This document shows, in pieces, positions 28,140 to 42,900 of a stretch of DNA of 64,000 nt. Position numbers and translations under genes: made by a program. This stretch comes from Adineta vaga. Lineage: Eukaryota; Animalia; Rotifera. The first letter of the stretch is position 1; each line of letters begins with the position of its first letter. The stretch covers positions 8,060,001 to 8,124,000 of the forward strand of contig CP075493.1 of assembly GCA_021613535.1 (NCBI GenBank). The letters run 5' to 3'. The notes below the pieces were generated by a model. That model searched no databases. It was not told the DNA's origin and was given only the letters and a program-made list of their open reading frames with translations.

Positions 28140-28856
28140 ACAATTCTTTTCGAAATTTAACTCAGGAGTTCTTCTTTTCTGTCTCTCTCTCTCTCTATTC
28201 TACTTTGTAATAAAAAAATAAAGCAATTGTTTAGATTAGTACCATGTCTTGTTTGTTTTTTTACATCCAAGTAGAAAATCTTAACAGCCACCGGTGATTC
28301 AATGCATCTTAGGCTGTTATTTAATCCTTTATTATCATTTATGTCTCTTTTTTTCCTTTCATTCGTTGTATTAGTCTGTAATATAATCTTCAAACTTTTT
28401 AATATGATTACACTATACGATTCTCAGTTCAATCTCTTCTTGTATAAACTTACACTTTGTATCACAGATTAAAAATGAACAAATGTTTATTCAACTTCAA
28501 TCTGAAGATTTCGATATGAAATTTGTATGAATGAATAAAACGAAGTATATTCTCTATTAACTTGATCAAGCAACTCTTATAGAGAAGGTCAGCATGTATA
28601 CACAAGAGTATAGTCTCGTAACCCATCAGTATACATACGATAGAATTACATGACAGATTATGATTGTCTATATCTTAAATAAGTGCATTTGAACTAACGT
28701 CATTGTTGTTCACTTCCTCCTTGCATAATTCCACATGTCTGTCGTCAGCTATTTGAATTACTGTTATTGCATCAGACCAATGTATATACGTAAATCAGAC
28801 GTGAAGAAAAGAAGAAAAACAAGCAATAACACATTTCAACGTGATAGATAGACACG

Positions 28857-29952
28857 ATGACGACCACTTATGAAAATATTTTTTTCGAAGTATTTAATTG
28901 CTTTCCAAATGAATCGAAACCATTAGAAGAATATTCTAAAGATGAGCTTATTCGATTAATCAAAAATTTACAGAAGGGTATTGAAACATTAAATACAAGT
29001 GAGCAAAAACCTGAACAAATCGTTCCAAGCGAAAATGAAGATTATGGATTTGGTATCATTGCTGAAAATCAAGAAGATTTAGAATCATTTCAAGAGTTTT
29101 GTTCAAAAAATTTCCTACCAATTTCCAAAGAAAACTGTCATGTTTCTTCCGTTTGCAATCAAGATATGATCAATCATTATCAATCGACTGGCATCAATCA
29201 TTTACGTAGTGAATATGCAATGTTTATTATCTTAAAAAATGTTCGCTATTCACAATCATTATCATTCATAGATGAGAAGCAATTCTCATTGAACAATAAA
29301 GTATATATTTATCAATTAAAAATTCTTTTACAAGATACAAATGAAACAAATGAAGAGTTTTTAAAAAAGATTCGTCAACAACTTCTTGGAGAAATATTTG
29401 TTATTGATCGTAATGATCATGAATCAATTCCATCATTACCATCACCAAAAGAACCTCAATTTGTAGCTATTTTACCTTATACACAAATTGCTTGCGGGTT
29501 TACCACGTCGACGTGATTTGAATCGATTTCGAAATAATCTCGGTGTAACTCATATGTTAACTCTTATCAATGAGAAAGAAATGAAGACTTCAAACATTCG
29601 TCATCACATCGAAACAGCTGGTATACAATCATTATATATACCTATCGAAGGTGCTGATCTGTCAGTATTTACATCATCACAAACAACATTAGATTTACTA
29701 ATCAAACATTTACCTTCTATTCGTGATCTTCTTTTAAATAGTACTGAAACAGCACCAGTGAAAATGATTATCCATTGTGCAGCTGGTTTACATCGAACTG
29801 GAACAATTACATATCTATTGTTACGATTGTGTCATTTTAATGTAGATCAAGCTTTATTAATAATTAATCGAACAAGAGCAATTACTGCAAGACAAGTAGG
29901 TCAAAAACGAATTGATGCAGCAGAATTCAATCTTTTAAACAAAATTCCATAA
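28857..29952 (+). CDS. Dual-specificity/PTP-like (CX5R) phosphatase split over two overlapping frames (+1 shift near 29496)
   Basis: P-loop IIHCAAGLHRTG and LGVTHMLTL lie in ORF 29488-29952. The domain's start (ILPYTQIAC) lies in ORF 28857-29516. Confidence 0.75.
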
Positions 29953-30248
29953 TCTTCATCGAATACAATCTCGAATAATGAACATTACTTAAATCATTAG
30001 TTAACCTTTTCGTTTTATTTTTTTTATCAAATAAAATCTACAGAAAAAAATCATCCAACTAACCAATGTGTGTAGAGAATATCTTTTAAGATGTATGATT
30101 AAAATATCATGAGTCAAAAAGAATGAAAAATAAATTGATATACTAGAACTGTTTCTTCAAATTACGTTCTTTTTGTCTTTCTTTCTATTTAAATATAAGT
30201 TCGGTATGTATGTGTGTAAAAGCAAATAGGAGGATAAAGAAACAAAAT

Positions 30249-32312
30249 CTATGAACCAAATGTAATACCAGCACTAACATAAACATTGTAAATCTTTTCA
30301 ATAGCATTTACATATGCTGCCGTACGGATATCAAGACCAAGATTATGACGCATAGCTGTCTGCATTATAGCACGTGCTGCCTTTTCCATAGTTTGTTCAA
30401 GACCAGAATGAACAATATCTTTTTCTGATGCACCGGCCATACGTTTTAAGAATTCATCACTTGGATGCTATAATATAATGAAGAAAAAAAAGTGAATGAT
30501 AGAATTCATTTTAAATAGACGTACAATTGGAATCTTTCCTCCCATACGACCAAATTTGGCTTCTAATGAACTTTGAACAGATTCTATTGAAACAAAAGAA
30601 AAAACAATAGATATATGAAATACGTTAAAAGTAAAAACGTATACCAAGTAATGAATAGTTTGTATCACGTTGATATTTGAAGGTTAATCGACCATAACTA
30701 ACATGACTTAAATTTTTTAACCATTCAAAATAAGATACTGTTACACCACCAGCATTGATATACAAATCTACAGTACACACATGCATGAAATCGAATCTTT
30801 TCGTTGTTTTCTTGAAAATATAGTTTACATACCTGGAATTACAAGAACATTATTTTTTAATAGGATAGCATCGGCTTCTGGTGTTGTTGGACCATTGGCA
30901 CCCTGAATAATAAAAACGAGAGAGATTGTTCAGATTTCTTATATATATCTAACAAAAAACATGATCATTTACTTCAGCAATAATTCGTGCTTTAATACGA
31001 TCTGCATTTTCTGAAGTGATTTGTCTTTCACTTGCTGCTGGTACAAGAATATCACATTGTTCGCAAAGTAATTCTTCTTTGGGTTGTTTGTCATATGGTT
31101 GAGCACCTGGAAAACCTTTGATTGTTCCACGTTCTAATTTATAGTCTTCCAAAGCTTTTGGATCAATGCCTTCGGGATTAACAATAGCAGCATCCCATTC
31201 AAGTACACCAACACATTTTGCACCATGTCGTGTCAAATAACGCATTGAATGAAGACCAACATTACCGAAACCCTTTAAATAGAAACTTTTTTTTGCAAAA
31301 TGATAACAATTCTTATTAGACATACTTGAACAATGAATGTTTTACCAGCAAGACCAGGTAAAAGGCCAACCATGCCCCTAGAAAAAAAAAATTGAATCTC
31401 GTACAAGAAAAGAAGAATTGATATTGATTATTTTTACATAAATGATGCTTCATTGGCGAAATTATCCACACCATGATAGAGACCACGACCGGTAGCTGAT
31501 GTTCGACCATGAATACCTCCGACCAAAATAGGTTTACCTGTAACACAACCATTAGCATGAATTTCTTCCCATCCAACTGTTGATGCATAAGTATCAGCAA
31601 TCCAGGCCATTTCTCGTTCACCTGTACCCATATCTGGAGCTGGTACATCAATACCAGGTCCAATGAAACCTTTCTTTGCCAATTCAACTGTTAATCGTCG
31701 AGTAATACGTTCTAATTCTCCTTCCGACCAATCTAAATTTTCAAGATTGAAACTATTTTCATCTCAAAAAGAAGAAAAAACTTGCTTTGTACCTTTAGGG
31801 TTAATTTTCACACCGGCTTTTCCACCACCAAATGGTACATCAACACAAGCACATTTATATGTCATCAATGCGGCTAATGCTTTAACTTCATCTAAATTGA
31901 CGTCTAATGAATAACGAATACCACCTTTACATGGTGTACGATGTTGTGAATGTTGTGCACGATATGCTTCGATCATATGTAATTCTCCATTATCTTTACG
32001 GATAGGAAAACGTATTTCCAAAACATGATTACATGGCTTGATAATTTTCAATATGCCTTTGACTTTTTTACGTTTCATATCGTCCGATAATTTTGATTTA
32101 ATCATATCATCAACTAATTTATCTTCAAGAATTTTAGCAGCATGATCATAAAATAATTCAACTTGCCGATAAAACCCAAAATGGCTCGGTCCAGCTTGTT
32201 GTGCTGTTGATGTTGCTGCGGGAGATGATGAATTCAATATCGATGATGTATGATATGAAAGAGCAGATATTCGACATAATGCTCGATTATTACGAACCGT
32301 TGCGTTCAACAT
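30249..32312 (-). CDS. GLUD1: Mitochondrial glutamate dehydrogenase, paralog A
   Basis: [56 protein letters not shown], antenna region and an Arg/Ser-rich presequence. Confidence 0.95.
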
Positions 32313-32435
32313 TTTCTTTCTTTAATCTAAAAAATCAAACAATATGCTGTTGTCTTTTTTGCTATGGGTTCAAAATAAAAACATCGGAGAAAATGAAACG
32401 AAATACATAAGAAGATCATTTTTTTTTCATATTCA

Positions 32436-34518
32436 TTAACCGCCAAATGTCATTCCAGAAGCTGTATAGACATTATAGATTTTTTCTAAGGAAGTGACGT
32501 ATGCTGCTGTACGTAAATCTAAACCTAAATTAAAACGTTGTGCTGTTTCCATTATTGCTCGTGCCGAACGTTCCATGGTTTGTTCAAGACCCGAATGAAC
32601 AATGTCAACTTCAGAAGCACCTGCCATACGTTTATAAAAATTGTCACTTGGTATCTATTGAATAATTCATTTCAAGATTAAATCTTTTGTGAAAAGCATT
32701 CGAACAACTTACAATAGGAATTTTTCCTCCCATCTTGCCAAATTTCGATTCTAATGAACTTTGTACACTTTCTAAACAAGAAAGAAAAAGCTTTGATTAA
32801 TTGGATAAATCGATTATTTATTCTTGCCAAGAAGTGAATAATTTGTATCTCGTTGATATTTGAAGGTTAATCGACCATAGGATGTATGATTGAGGTTTTT
32901 CAGCCATTCAAAATATGATACAGTAACACCACCGGCGTTCTTTATCGAAATGTAAAATAGAAAACAAATAAAAAACAGAATTAATCATAATCCCAACTTA
33001 CAATATACATATCTGGAATAACTAAAATATTTTTTGATAGAAGAATCTTATCAGCTGCTGGAGTTGTTGGACCATTAGCACCTTCGGCAATGATCTATTT
33101 AATATAATATTTCATTAAAAAAAATAGTATGACAAAATGTTTTGAAGAAAAAAGAAACTCACTTTAGCTTTAATACGACGCGCATTTTTCGATGTAATCT
33201 GTTGTTCACTAGCAGCGGGAACAAGAATGTCACATTGTTCGCAGAGTAATTCGTGTTTATCCGCATGTTGATAAGCTTGTGCACCAGAAAAACCATTGAT
33301 TGATCCATTTTCAAGTTTATAATCTTCTAATGCTTTAGGATCAATACCTTCTCGATTAATAATAGCTCCATCCCATTCAAGTACACCAATGCATTTTGCA
33401 CCATGACGAGTTAAATAACGTGCTGAATGAAGGCCCACATTACCAAAACCCTTTAATATTAAATCAAATTTTGATATATTTTTTCTATCAAGAAACCCAT
33501 ACATACTTGAACAATAAATGTTTTTCCTGACAAACCAGTTGTTAAACCAATTTTATCCATATAGAATTTTTCATTAACAAAATTATTGACACCATGATAG
33601 AGACCACGGCCAGTAGCTGATGTTCGACCATGGATACCACCTTGCAAAATAGGTTTACCGGTGACACATGCCATAGCATTGATATTCTCCCATCCAACTG
33701 TTGATGCATAAGTATCAGCAATCCAGGCCATTTCTCGTTCACCTGTACCCATATCTGGAGCTGGTACATCAATACCAGGTCCAATGAAACCTTTCTTTGC
33801 CAATTCAACTGTTAATCGTCGAGTAATACGTTCTAATTCTCCTTCCGACCAATCTAAATTTACAAGATTGAAACTATTATCATGATGAAGTCATTTGCAT
33901 CAAAATACCCTTTGGATTAATTTTCACACCAGCTTTTGCTCCGCCAAATGGTACATTAACGCAAGCACACTTAAAGGTCATTAATGCAGCCAATGCTTTA
34001 ACTTCATCTAAGTTAACATCATTTGAAAAACGAATACCACCTTTACATGGTGTACGATGTAATGAATGTTGAGCGCGCCACGCTTCGATTAATTCCCATT
34101 CACCATTATCACGACGAACGGGAAATGTTATAGCCAGAACATAATTTGGTGGTTTCATCATAGTTAAAATTCCACGAACTTTATTCTGTCTTTGTTGCTC
34201 CGTAAGTTTAGTTTTTTTCATATCATCAACTAATTTATCTTCAAGAGTTTTAGCAGCACGATCATAGAATTTTTCTACCATAGTGTAAAAACCCGTTCTA
34301 GAAAATTAATCGAAATAAAGAAAAATTTGATTTAAAAAAACATTTTTGTTTTACCCATGATCTTCTTGTTGATTTTCACTATCAAGATCCATGGTTTCAG
34401 GTGTCGAATCTGTTGCTGTTGATTGTAAAGAACGTGTAAGACGAAAAACATGATTAACTCCACCATTAAATTTCAGTGGCAATAACTGACTAGATGCAGC
34501 TCGCGAAAGGATCGACAT
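32436..34518 (-). CDS. GLUD1: Mitochondrial glutamate dehydrogenase, paralog B (tandem duplicate)
   Basis: Same motif set as paralog A. Additional first exon starting [17 protein letters not shown] at 34518. Confidence 0.95.
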
Positions 34519-35568
34519 ATCTAAAAATTTAGTAAAAAAAAATCGAATGTTTCTCGTTACTTATTTATCGCGTATAGGAAGGGGGTGTGTATATGTCCTT
34601 GTTGTTTTTTCTTCTCTATAATAAAATATCATCGCAAATGATAGAAGAAAAAAACATGCGCCTTATACAGAGTACCAATCGTATGCTTTTCGTTTGTTGT
34701 GTAGGAGGGTAACAGAATAGGCAGTATTAAGCATTTCACATACACGAAGTATATTTGCTGTGGAGACCGAGGAAGAGAAGAAGAAGAAGAAGAAGAAGAA
34801 AGAAAAAAAATCATCCAGACGCCTTTTGCGGTCCATCACACCATTATCAGTTGCTTTCTTGTCGATAGATTCGCCATCTGAATGGATCTTGTGTTTTATT
34901 TCTCTCTCTCTCTTTCTTGTTTCTCTTTCTTTTTAAAACGTGTATGGTGATAAAAAACATGTATAAGGGTATTATATGTAGAGGAGAGATAAAAGAAAAA
35001 TAGTTGATAGAAAGGGCATAGTCGAACCCTCGTTATGACTAAGGGACATTATTTGGTTCAAGGACATTTTCATTTGATTCTAATATTGGAAATAAAAAAG
35101 GATGAAAATGTCGTTTATGTGTATACAAATATGCAAATCGTTTGATTTTTACCGCAGATCAAAAGATTTCCTTGAAAAAAGAAACATTTAATTAACTTAT
35201 CTATATTTAATTTTTATATAAGTAGATAGAAAATATTTGAATTTGAAAAAGACTACTAGTCCATGGCCAATTTCGAATACAAAACGTGCTCAATAGATTC
35301 ATACTGATCTCATTAGAGTCTATGCTGATGTAGTTTAGACATGATGCTTGATTTGTAGTCTATACGTGTATATGAAGATCATCAGATCATGTACGACATC
35401 TACATATGAAAAATGTTTTTGTAATTCATAAATACATGATTAATAAGTAATTTTATTCTTCAAATTATAAAAAAACAAACTTTTATGATTTTGTAAAAAT
35501 ATTATTGGATGTCATATCGAATAGCTAGTTGGTTGAATTCTTTTTTTCAGTAGTTGTCTTGTGCTTGT

Positions 35569-35597
35569 CTTCACTTCACTTCACTTCACTTCACTTT
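35569..35597 (+). repeat. (TTCAC)n microsatellite upstream of HP1
   Basis: About five tandem cttca/ttcac units. Confidence 0.7.
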
Positions 35598-35734
35598 TCC
35601 ACATCTTTTCTCTCCTAGGTAATGTTTGTTCTGTCATTGATTCACTTGTTTTCTTTTGTAAAGATTAATTATCTTACTTTATCTGATTATTATAGATTTG
35701 TTTCTCTATTTTGTGTTGTTTGATCTGTAATACG

Positions 35735-36526
<792 letters not shown>

Positions 36527-37124
36527 ATGTGATTTTTCTTTTGCTTGTATATTAATGTAAAGTTTTCATTTTTCTTTCTTCTTCGATCTGGAACATAGCA
36601 CATATACCGGTTCTTCTTTATGGAAGTGGAACTATATTCTATATATATATATATAAGAAGTTTATACTTTGTTTGTGTTGTGTTCTGATGTGTAACTTCT
36701 ATATACACACATTGTGTCTTAAGTGTATATTTGATTAAATATGTTATTCATGTTGGTTCTTCTTCGTTCACCTTTCTATGATCAAGAAAGATCTGAGAAA
36801 GTAATAAAAACGTATATTGATGGATTGTGTGCTCACTTAAGTTTCGCTAGGAATTGAACTTAGTTTTTCAGTTTCGTAGACTAATATACGATCATTATAC
36901 TTTAAAGTAATCGAGCAGCATTAGCCAACAAATGACTGAATTGCCAAAGCATACTTATCAACTTTTTATTCGTACTGTATGAGATTCAGGAATCACAACT
37001 TGATTTATTAATAATTTAACAGAATAGACATACTTTCGAAAACTTAACAAAAAAAAATAAATTCATAACATGAGATAAAAGAAAGAAAGAAGAAAGAAAA
37101 ATATAAATAAGAATTAAGATTATT

Positions 37125-39460
37125 TTATAGATCATTATCTTCATCGTCGTCATCCATATCTTCCTGTTTTAATGGTTGATATCCTTTAACAACAATACTG
37201 TCGTTTGTATTCATCAATGATGTTATATTACCTACAGTTGACATCCATGATGAATCAACATTATTGTCGACAATTGTTGTCGTTGAATGTCCATCGTCTG
37301 TTGTTGCTTGCTATTAGGAAAAAAGAATAAAAAATATAGTCGAATTGCAGAACTCAAAATGTTCGTCGAAAAAAACGCGATAAACAAAAAAATACAACGA
37401 AAGCAGCGAATCATGGAAATACTCAAGCACTAAGTCGTCGCCGACTTGTACGCGTAGATAGGCATGAAGTTGTTTCCTATAAGATAAATAGATCATCATT
37501 TTTCTTTTCTGTCAAACTTCTCCATTCAATATCCTTCTCTTTCTTTCATAAATAAAAATAAAAATAAAATCCTACTTTTAATGCACGCCCTTTAGTTTCA
37601 ATCGGCAATAAAATAGCACAAATTGCTGCCATTGCTGTTGCTATTACATACACTGCAATGGTTCCATGAAAGGTTTTCTTAATTAATACTTGTGCTAAAA
37701 ATGGTGTAATCATTGCACCAATTCTTGACATGGATGATGCACAACCAACAGCTATAGCACGTATAACTGTTGGATAAACTTCCATTGTATATAAATATAT
37801 TAAACCGAATTGAGCATTGATAAACATACGTGCAAGAAATGTAATAGCATCGACTGCCCATGGTTTCGTACGTGTATTAAAAACAAATGCTAGAAAACAA
37901 AACGATGCACATGAAAAATTAATTGCACATGTTGTTCGTCGACCAAAATAAGAAAGAAGTATTAATAATAACGGTATACCAAACATTTCACCAAAAGTTG
38001 TAAATATCAAGGATTTATAATCATCTGTTGTTAACATTTTACAATGACTGGACGGTATCGTTGTATTATTGACTATAATTGGTTGTGGGTCATGTTTAAT
38101 TAATGTCATTATTGATGTATTGATTAATATTAATCCATAATAACTCATGGCAACAGTCATCCACATGAAGGCTAGTAGAAATGATGTTCGTTTATAATTA
38201 GCATGAAATAATTGTTTTACAGAACCACATTCGTCCTAGATATTTCAAATAAAAGGAAAAAAATCTTCTTCTTGTATTCTAATCTTTTCTGTTGTCAAAC
38301 TGACTCGAGCATGAACATCACGAAGTTTTCCTGGTGGTAATGCACGATTATTTGTTAAAGCAATAGTTTTCAATATACGTTCAGCTTTGTCAGGGTGACC
38401 ACTAGCAACGAAAAAGCGTGGTGATTCAGGTATGAACTAAGGATAAAAGATAAAGTAGAATATTGTATCAAGAAGAAAAGAAGAGAAATGAATACTTACA
38501 TACATACAAATAGCTACAATTGATATTGGTAGAGCAGAAAGTGCAGTTAATATTCGCCATCCATATGTTGGAACAACAATCATAGCCATGAGATATTCAA
38601 ATATACTGCCTAATGACCAAAATAATTCAATAACAATTGTTATGGTTGCACGAGCATTCGATGGTAAATATTCAAGCATTAGTGTTGAGCTAAAGTATAT
38701 AGAATTAATATTTATTATGAAGTTAGTTGAATAGAAGATAACGATTTCGGACATGTATTAGGAATAGTAAATAATACCCTAAATCAATTTTTTTTTGGCT
38801 AATAAAGATATTTTTTATCATGCCCGTCAATTACTAGTTTCATATTAATTGTATCGCTTGATCTGTTTTCAATGTATTTCGTTCTTTTAAGAATACATCA
38901 GATAAAACTAAGGTCAAGTTGGGTACTTCTCTTGTTTACACAAGGACGTCATATATATATATATATTCTCATAACTGAATTTTTTCCTAATAATTCATTC
39001 ATATTTACCCTTGCGAAGCTCCTGATAATGCAAATCCAACCAGAACTCTTGCTACAAGTATCCAATAGTAATTCGGTGCTAATGCTGTTAACATTCCAAA
39101 TATAGTATTCAATACTGCACTAAGAAAAATGACTCGTCGTCGACCATATTTATCGGCCATGATACCAAATATAAATGCTCCAATCATCATTCCAGCAAAT
39201 ACACCCTAAATACGAACAACTTTATTGTATCATTCATTTATTTATCGAAAGCATACCGTTGTTAATGATGCTATTTGGATTTGTGTAACATCAGGCCAAT
39301 AACATGTTAATGCTGGTCCTAAGATAGCCAAAAGCATCATTTCAACTGCATCAGCCATTGAACAAAAACCGAGTATAGCTATTAAACGCCATTGATATCT
39401 TCCCAATCCAATAAAATCAATACATTCTTCTAATGAATATGTGCTTGTACTTGTTTCCAT
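37125..39460 (-). CDS. SVOP: Synaptic vesicle 2-related MFS transporter, with two candidate terminal exons
   Basis: IGLGRYQ..., MADAVEMMLLAILGP, ADKYGRR, PESPRF, YTMEVYPTVIRA and LPIETKGRAL. Confidence 0.9.
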
Positions 39461-39940
39461 TTGATCTCATTCACAACTCGTTCATATCAATCATATAGAA
39501 AAAAAATTAATTCTAAATAATTAGAAATATAAGTTTTTATTTTTTCCTTTCATTTCTTTAAGTTTTATTTGAGAAAGAAAAAGACGATTTTTCATTCAAA
39601 ATAAGGGTGTGTTTTCTCATTACAACGCAATCTTTGTTCCTACTATTTCAATTGCTCGAGAAAAAACAACACCTACACAGTTCTAATCTTTTCATTTGAA
39701 AAAAATACTATATATAAAAGAAAATGAGATAAAAGCAAGGCCATTTACATAACGAAAAGAAATGAAAAATAACGAAGACAAATAAACACGACCAATACTA
39801 AAATTGAAAAAGAAAGAGAATGACAGAAAACAGAATATAAAAACAACAACAATAATACGGTCTACTTTTATTCTTTAGATAAGTTAAAATCACGGGGAAT
39901 ATTTTATTTTGTCGAAAATAAAATTTTGTGTAAACAAATC

Positions 39941-42900
39941 ATGAGCTCCACAGGATTACTTTCTCTATGTGGTAAATTTTTATTTACTTTTCTTTGATGA
40001 TTCATCGTGTGTGATATAATTATAGCTCGACGTTCAATTCGTCCATTTCAATTTCCTATGGTAGTTTTTCAATCACATAAACGAACATTGCATGATCAAG
40101 CCGAGACTCAAGCAGCAGATTCTAATCCAGCATATGATTTTGTTCGACGTCATCTTGGTCCAAATGAACGTCAAACGAATGAAATGCTTCGAACATTAGG
40201 TTTAAAAACGATCGATGAACTAATCGATAAAACAGTTCCAGCATCAATTAAATATCGTGGTACAATGAATATTCCTGAAGCACTCTGTAAATAACATAAG
40301 TTATTTTGTTTAGGATATCGAGTTTATTTCTATTTCGTTATCTTTTATTTCAAATAGCTGAACATCGTGCTTTAAAAGAAGCTGAAGAAATTGCATTACA
40401 AAATGAAGTATGGCGATCCTATATTGGTCTTGGTTACAATGATTGTATCATTCCAACTGTAATTCAACGTAATCTTTTTGAAAATCCTGGTTGGTATACA
40501 CAATATACACCTTATCAAGCAGAATTATCTCAAGGACGTTTAGAAAGTTTACTTAATTATCAAACTGGTAAATGAGTGGATATAGGATTAGGATGATGAT
40601 GATTTTGAATATTTTTTGTTTTCAATAGCTATCAGCGATATAACAGGACTTCCATATTCGAATGCTAGTTTACTTGATGAAGGAACAGCAGCCGGTGAAG
40701 CTATGGCTTTGTGTTATCGACATAATAAACGTCCACGAATGTTTGTTAGTGATCAACTTCATTCACATGTCATTGAAGTTATTCGTACAAGAGCAAGGTG
40801 AGAAAGAATCACGAAATTTTTGAAAAATTAAAATAAGTTCATGTCAATTATTTTTAGTGGATTTCGTACAGAGGTTGAAGTTTTACCAATTGATAAAATG
40901 GATTTTTCAAAAAAAGATGTATCCGGTGTTATTTTTCAATATCCCGATACAACTGGAAATGTTTGTGATCCTTCTGAATTAATAGCTCGAGCTAAAGAGA
41001 ATGGAGTATGATTTTCATAATATCTATTCAATGATTTATTTTGTTCTATTTATGCATTATGTTTAATTAGACTATTGTTATTTGCGGTTCTGATTTGCTT
41101 GCTCTTTGTCTTCTTAAACCTCCGGGTGAAATGAATGTAGATATTTGTTATGGCAATTCGCAACGATTAGGTGTTCCATTAGGTTTCGGTGGTCCACATG
41201 CAGCTTTTTTTGCATGTGCAGAACAATTTAAACGTGATATGCCTGGTCGTTTAGTTGGTTTAACAATGTAAAACTTATTTTTCTCCATACGAAAGAATTC
41301 TTATGCTTATCATTTGATCTATATTAGTGATTCACATGGAGCAAAAGCTTATCGTTTAGCTCTTCAAACACGTGAACAACATATTCGACAAGAAAGAGCG
41401 ACAAGCAATATTTGTACTGGTATGAAAATTTCCTTCGATTCCTAACATGTTCATTTGTTGCTTTTAGCACAAGCATTACTTGCTAATATGGTAGCTATGT
41501 ATTGTTTATATCATGGTAGACAAGGTCTTCGAAATATCGCTACAAAAATTCATATATTAACCTGTGATTTTGCTGAAAGTAATCATAGAATGATTATTAT
41601 AAAGTATAGAAATATCAATTGATTCATTTAAGGTCTAAAAGCTGGCGGACATTCAATCAAAAATGAACTCTTTTTTGATACATTAAAAATCAAACCACGA
41701 ATGACTGTTGATGAAATCAAACAACGTGCAAAAGAAAAACGTATTAATCTACGTTATTATGATAATGGCAGTGTAAATCTTATTATCATAAATTAATGAT
41801 ATATATTCATATTTGATTTTATCAATATTTTAGGTTGGTGTTTCATTGGATGAAACAATGAATGAAAATGATGTTGCTGATCTTAAATGGATCTTTAATG
41901 TTGAAAATAAATCATCAGTAAAATGAAAACATATGAGTTTGTTCTTTGAAATGTGAAGAAACTTCTTTTAGAATGAAACTATACAAAATCCACCTGATTT
42001 TGGTAAATTAACTCGTCAAAGTCGATTTCTTAATGCTGATGTGTTCAATAAGTAATATATTTTGATATTCATTCTCTTATAATTTCTAAACATTCATTTT
42101 AGATATCGATCTGAAACAAAATTAATGCGTTATATGAAACATTTAGAGAATAAAGATTTATCATTAGTACATTCAATGATTCCATTAGGTTCATGTACAA
42201 TGAAACTTAATGCTGCTGCTGAATTAACTGTAAAAATTGAATTTGATTTTCTTTGAATTAGTTTTTTTTTGCGGCTGCTCTTTATTGTAGCCATGTTCAT
42301 GGGCACATTTTAATCGAATTCATCCATTTGCGCCACGATCACAATGGAATGGTTATGTACGATTACTCAATGATCTTAATCAATTCTTATGTGAAATTAC
42401 GGGTTATGATAAAATATCATTTCAACCAAATAGGTACACATATTTAAAAAAAAGAAATATTGAATGCATTTATTGCTCTTATTTTTCAAGTGGTGCTCAA
42501 GGTGAATATGCGGGTTTACGAGTAATCCGAGCCTATCATGAACATAATGGTGCGCCACAACGACGCGTAAGAATTGAAAAATTTTGTATTGAACTTTAAT
42601 TTCGATTTTTCATGTTTTGTTTTAGGTTTGTTTGATTCCAATTTCTGCTCATGGAACAAATTTTGCATCAGCTAGTAACAAAAAAAACGAATTTTTCTCG
42701 AAAAAACATTTATTTTTCAATGGATTTTATCTTTAAAGTTATGGCTGGAATGAAAATTGAAAAAGTACAATTAGATAAAACTGGTGCTGTAGATATAAAA
42801 CATTTAGCACAAATCGCCGAAAAACATAAAGATACACTTGCTTGTGGTATTGTTACATATCCAAGTACAAGTGGAGTTTTCGAAGAAACAATCAAGTAAG

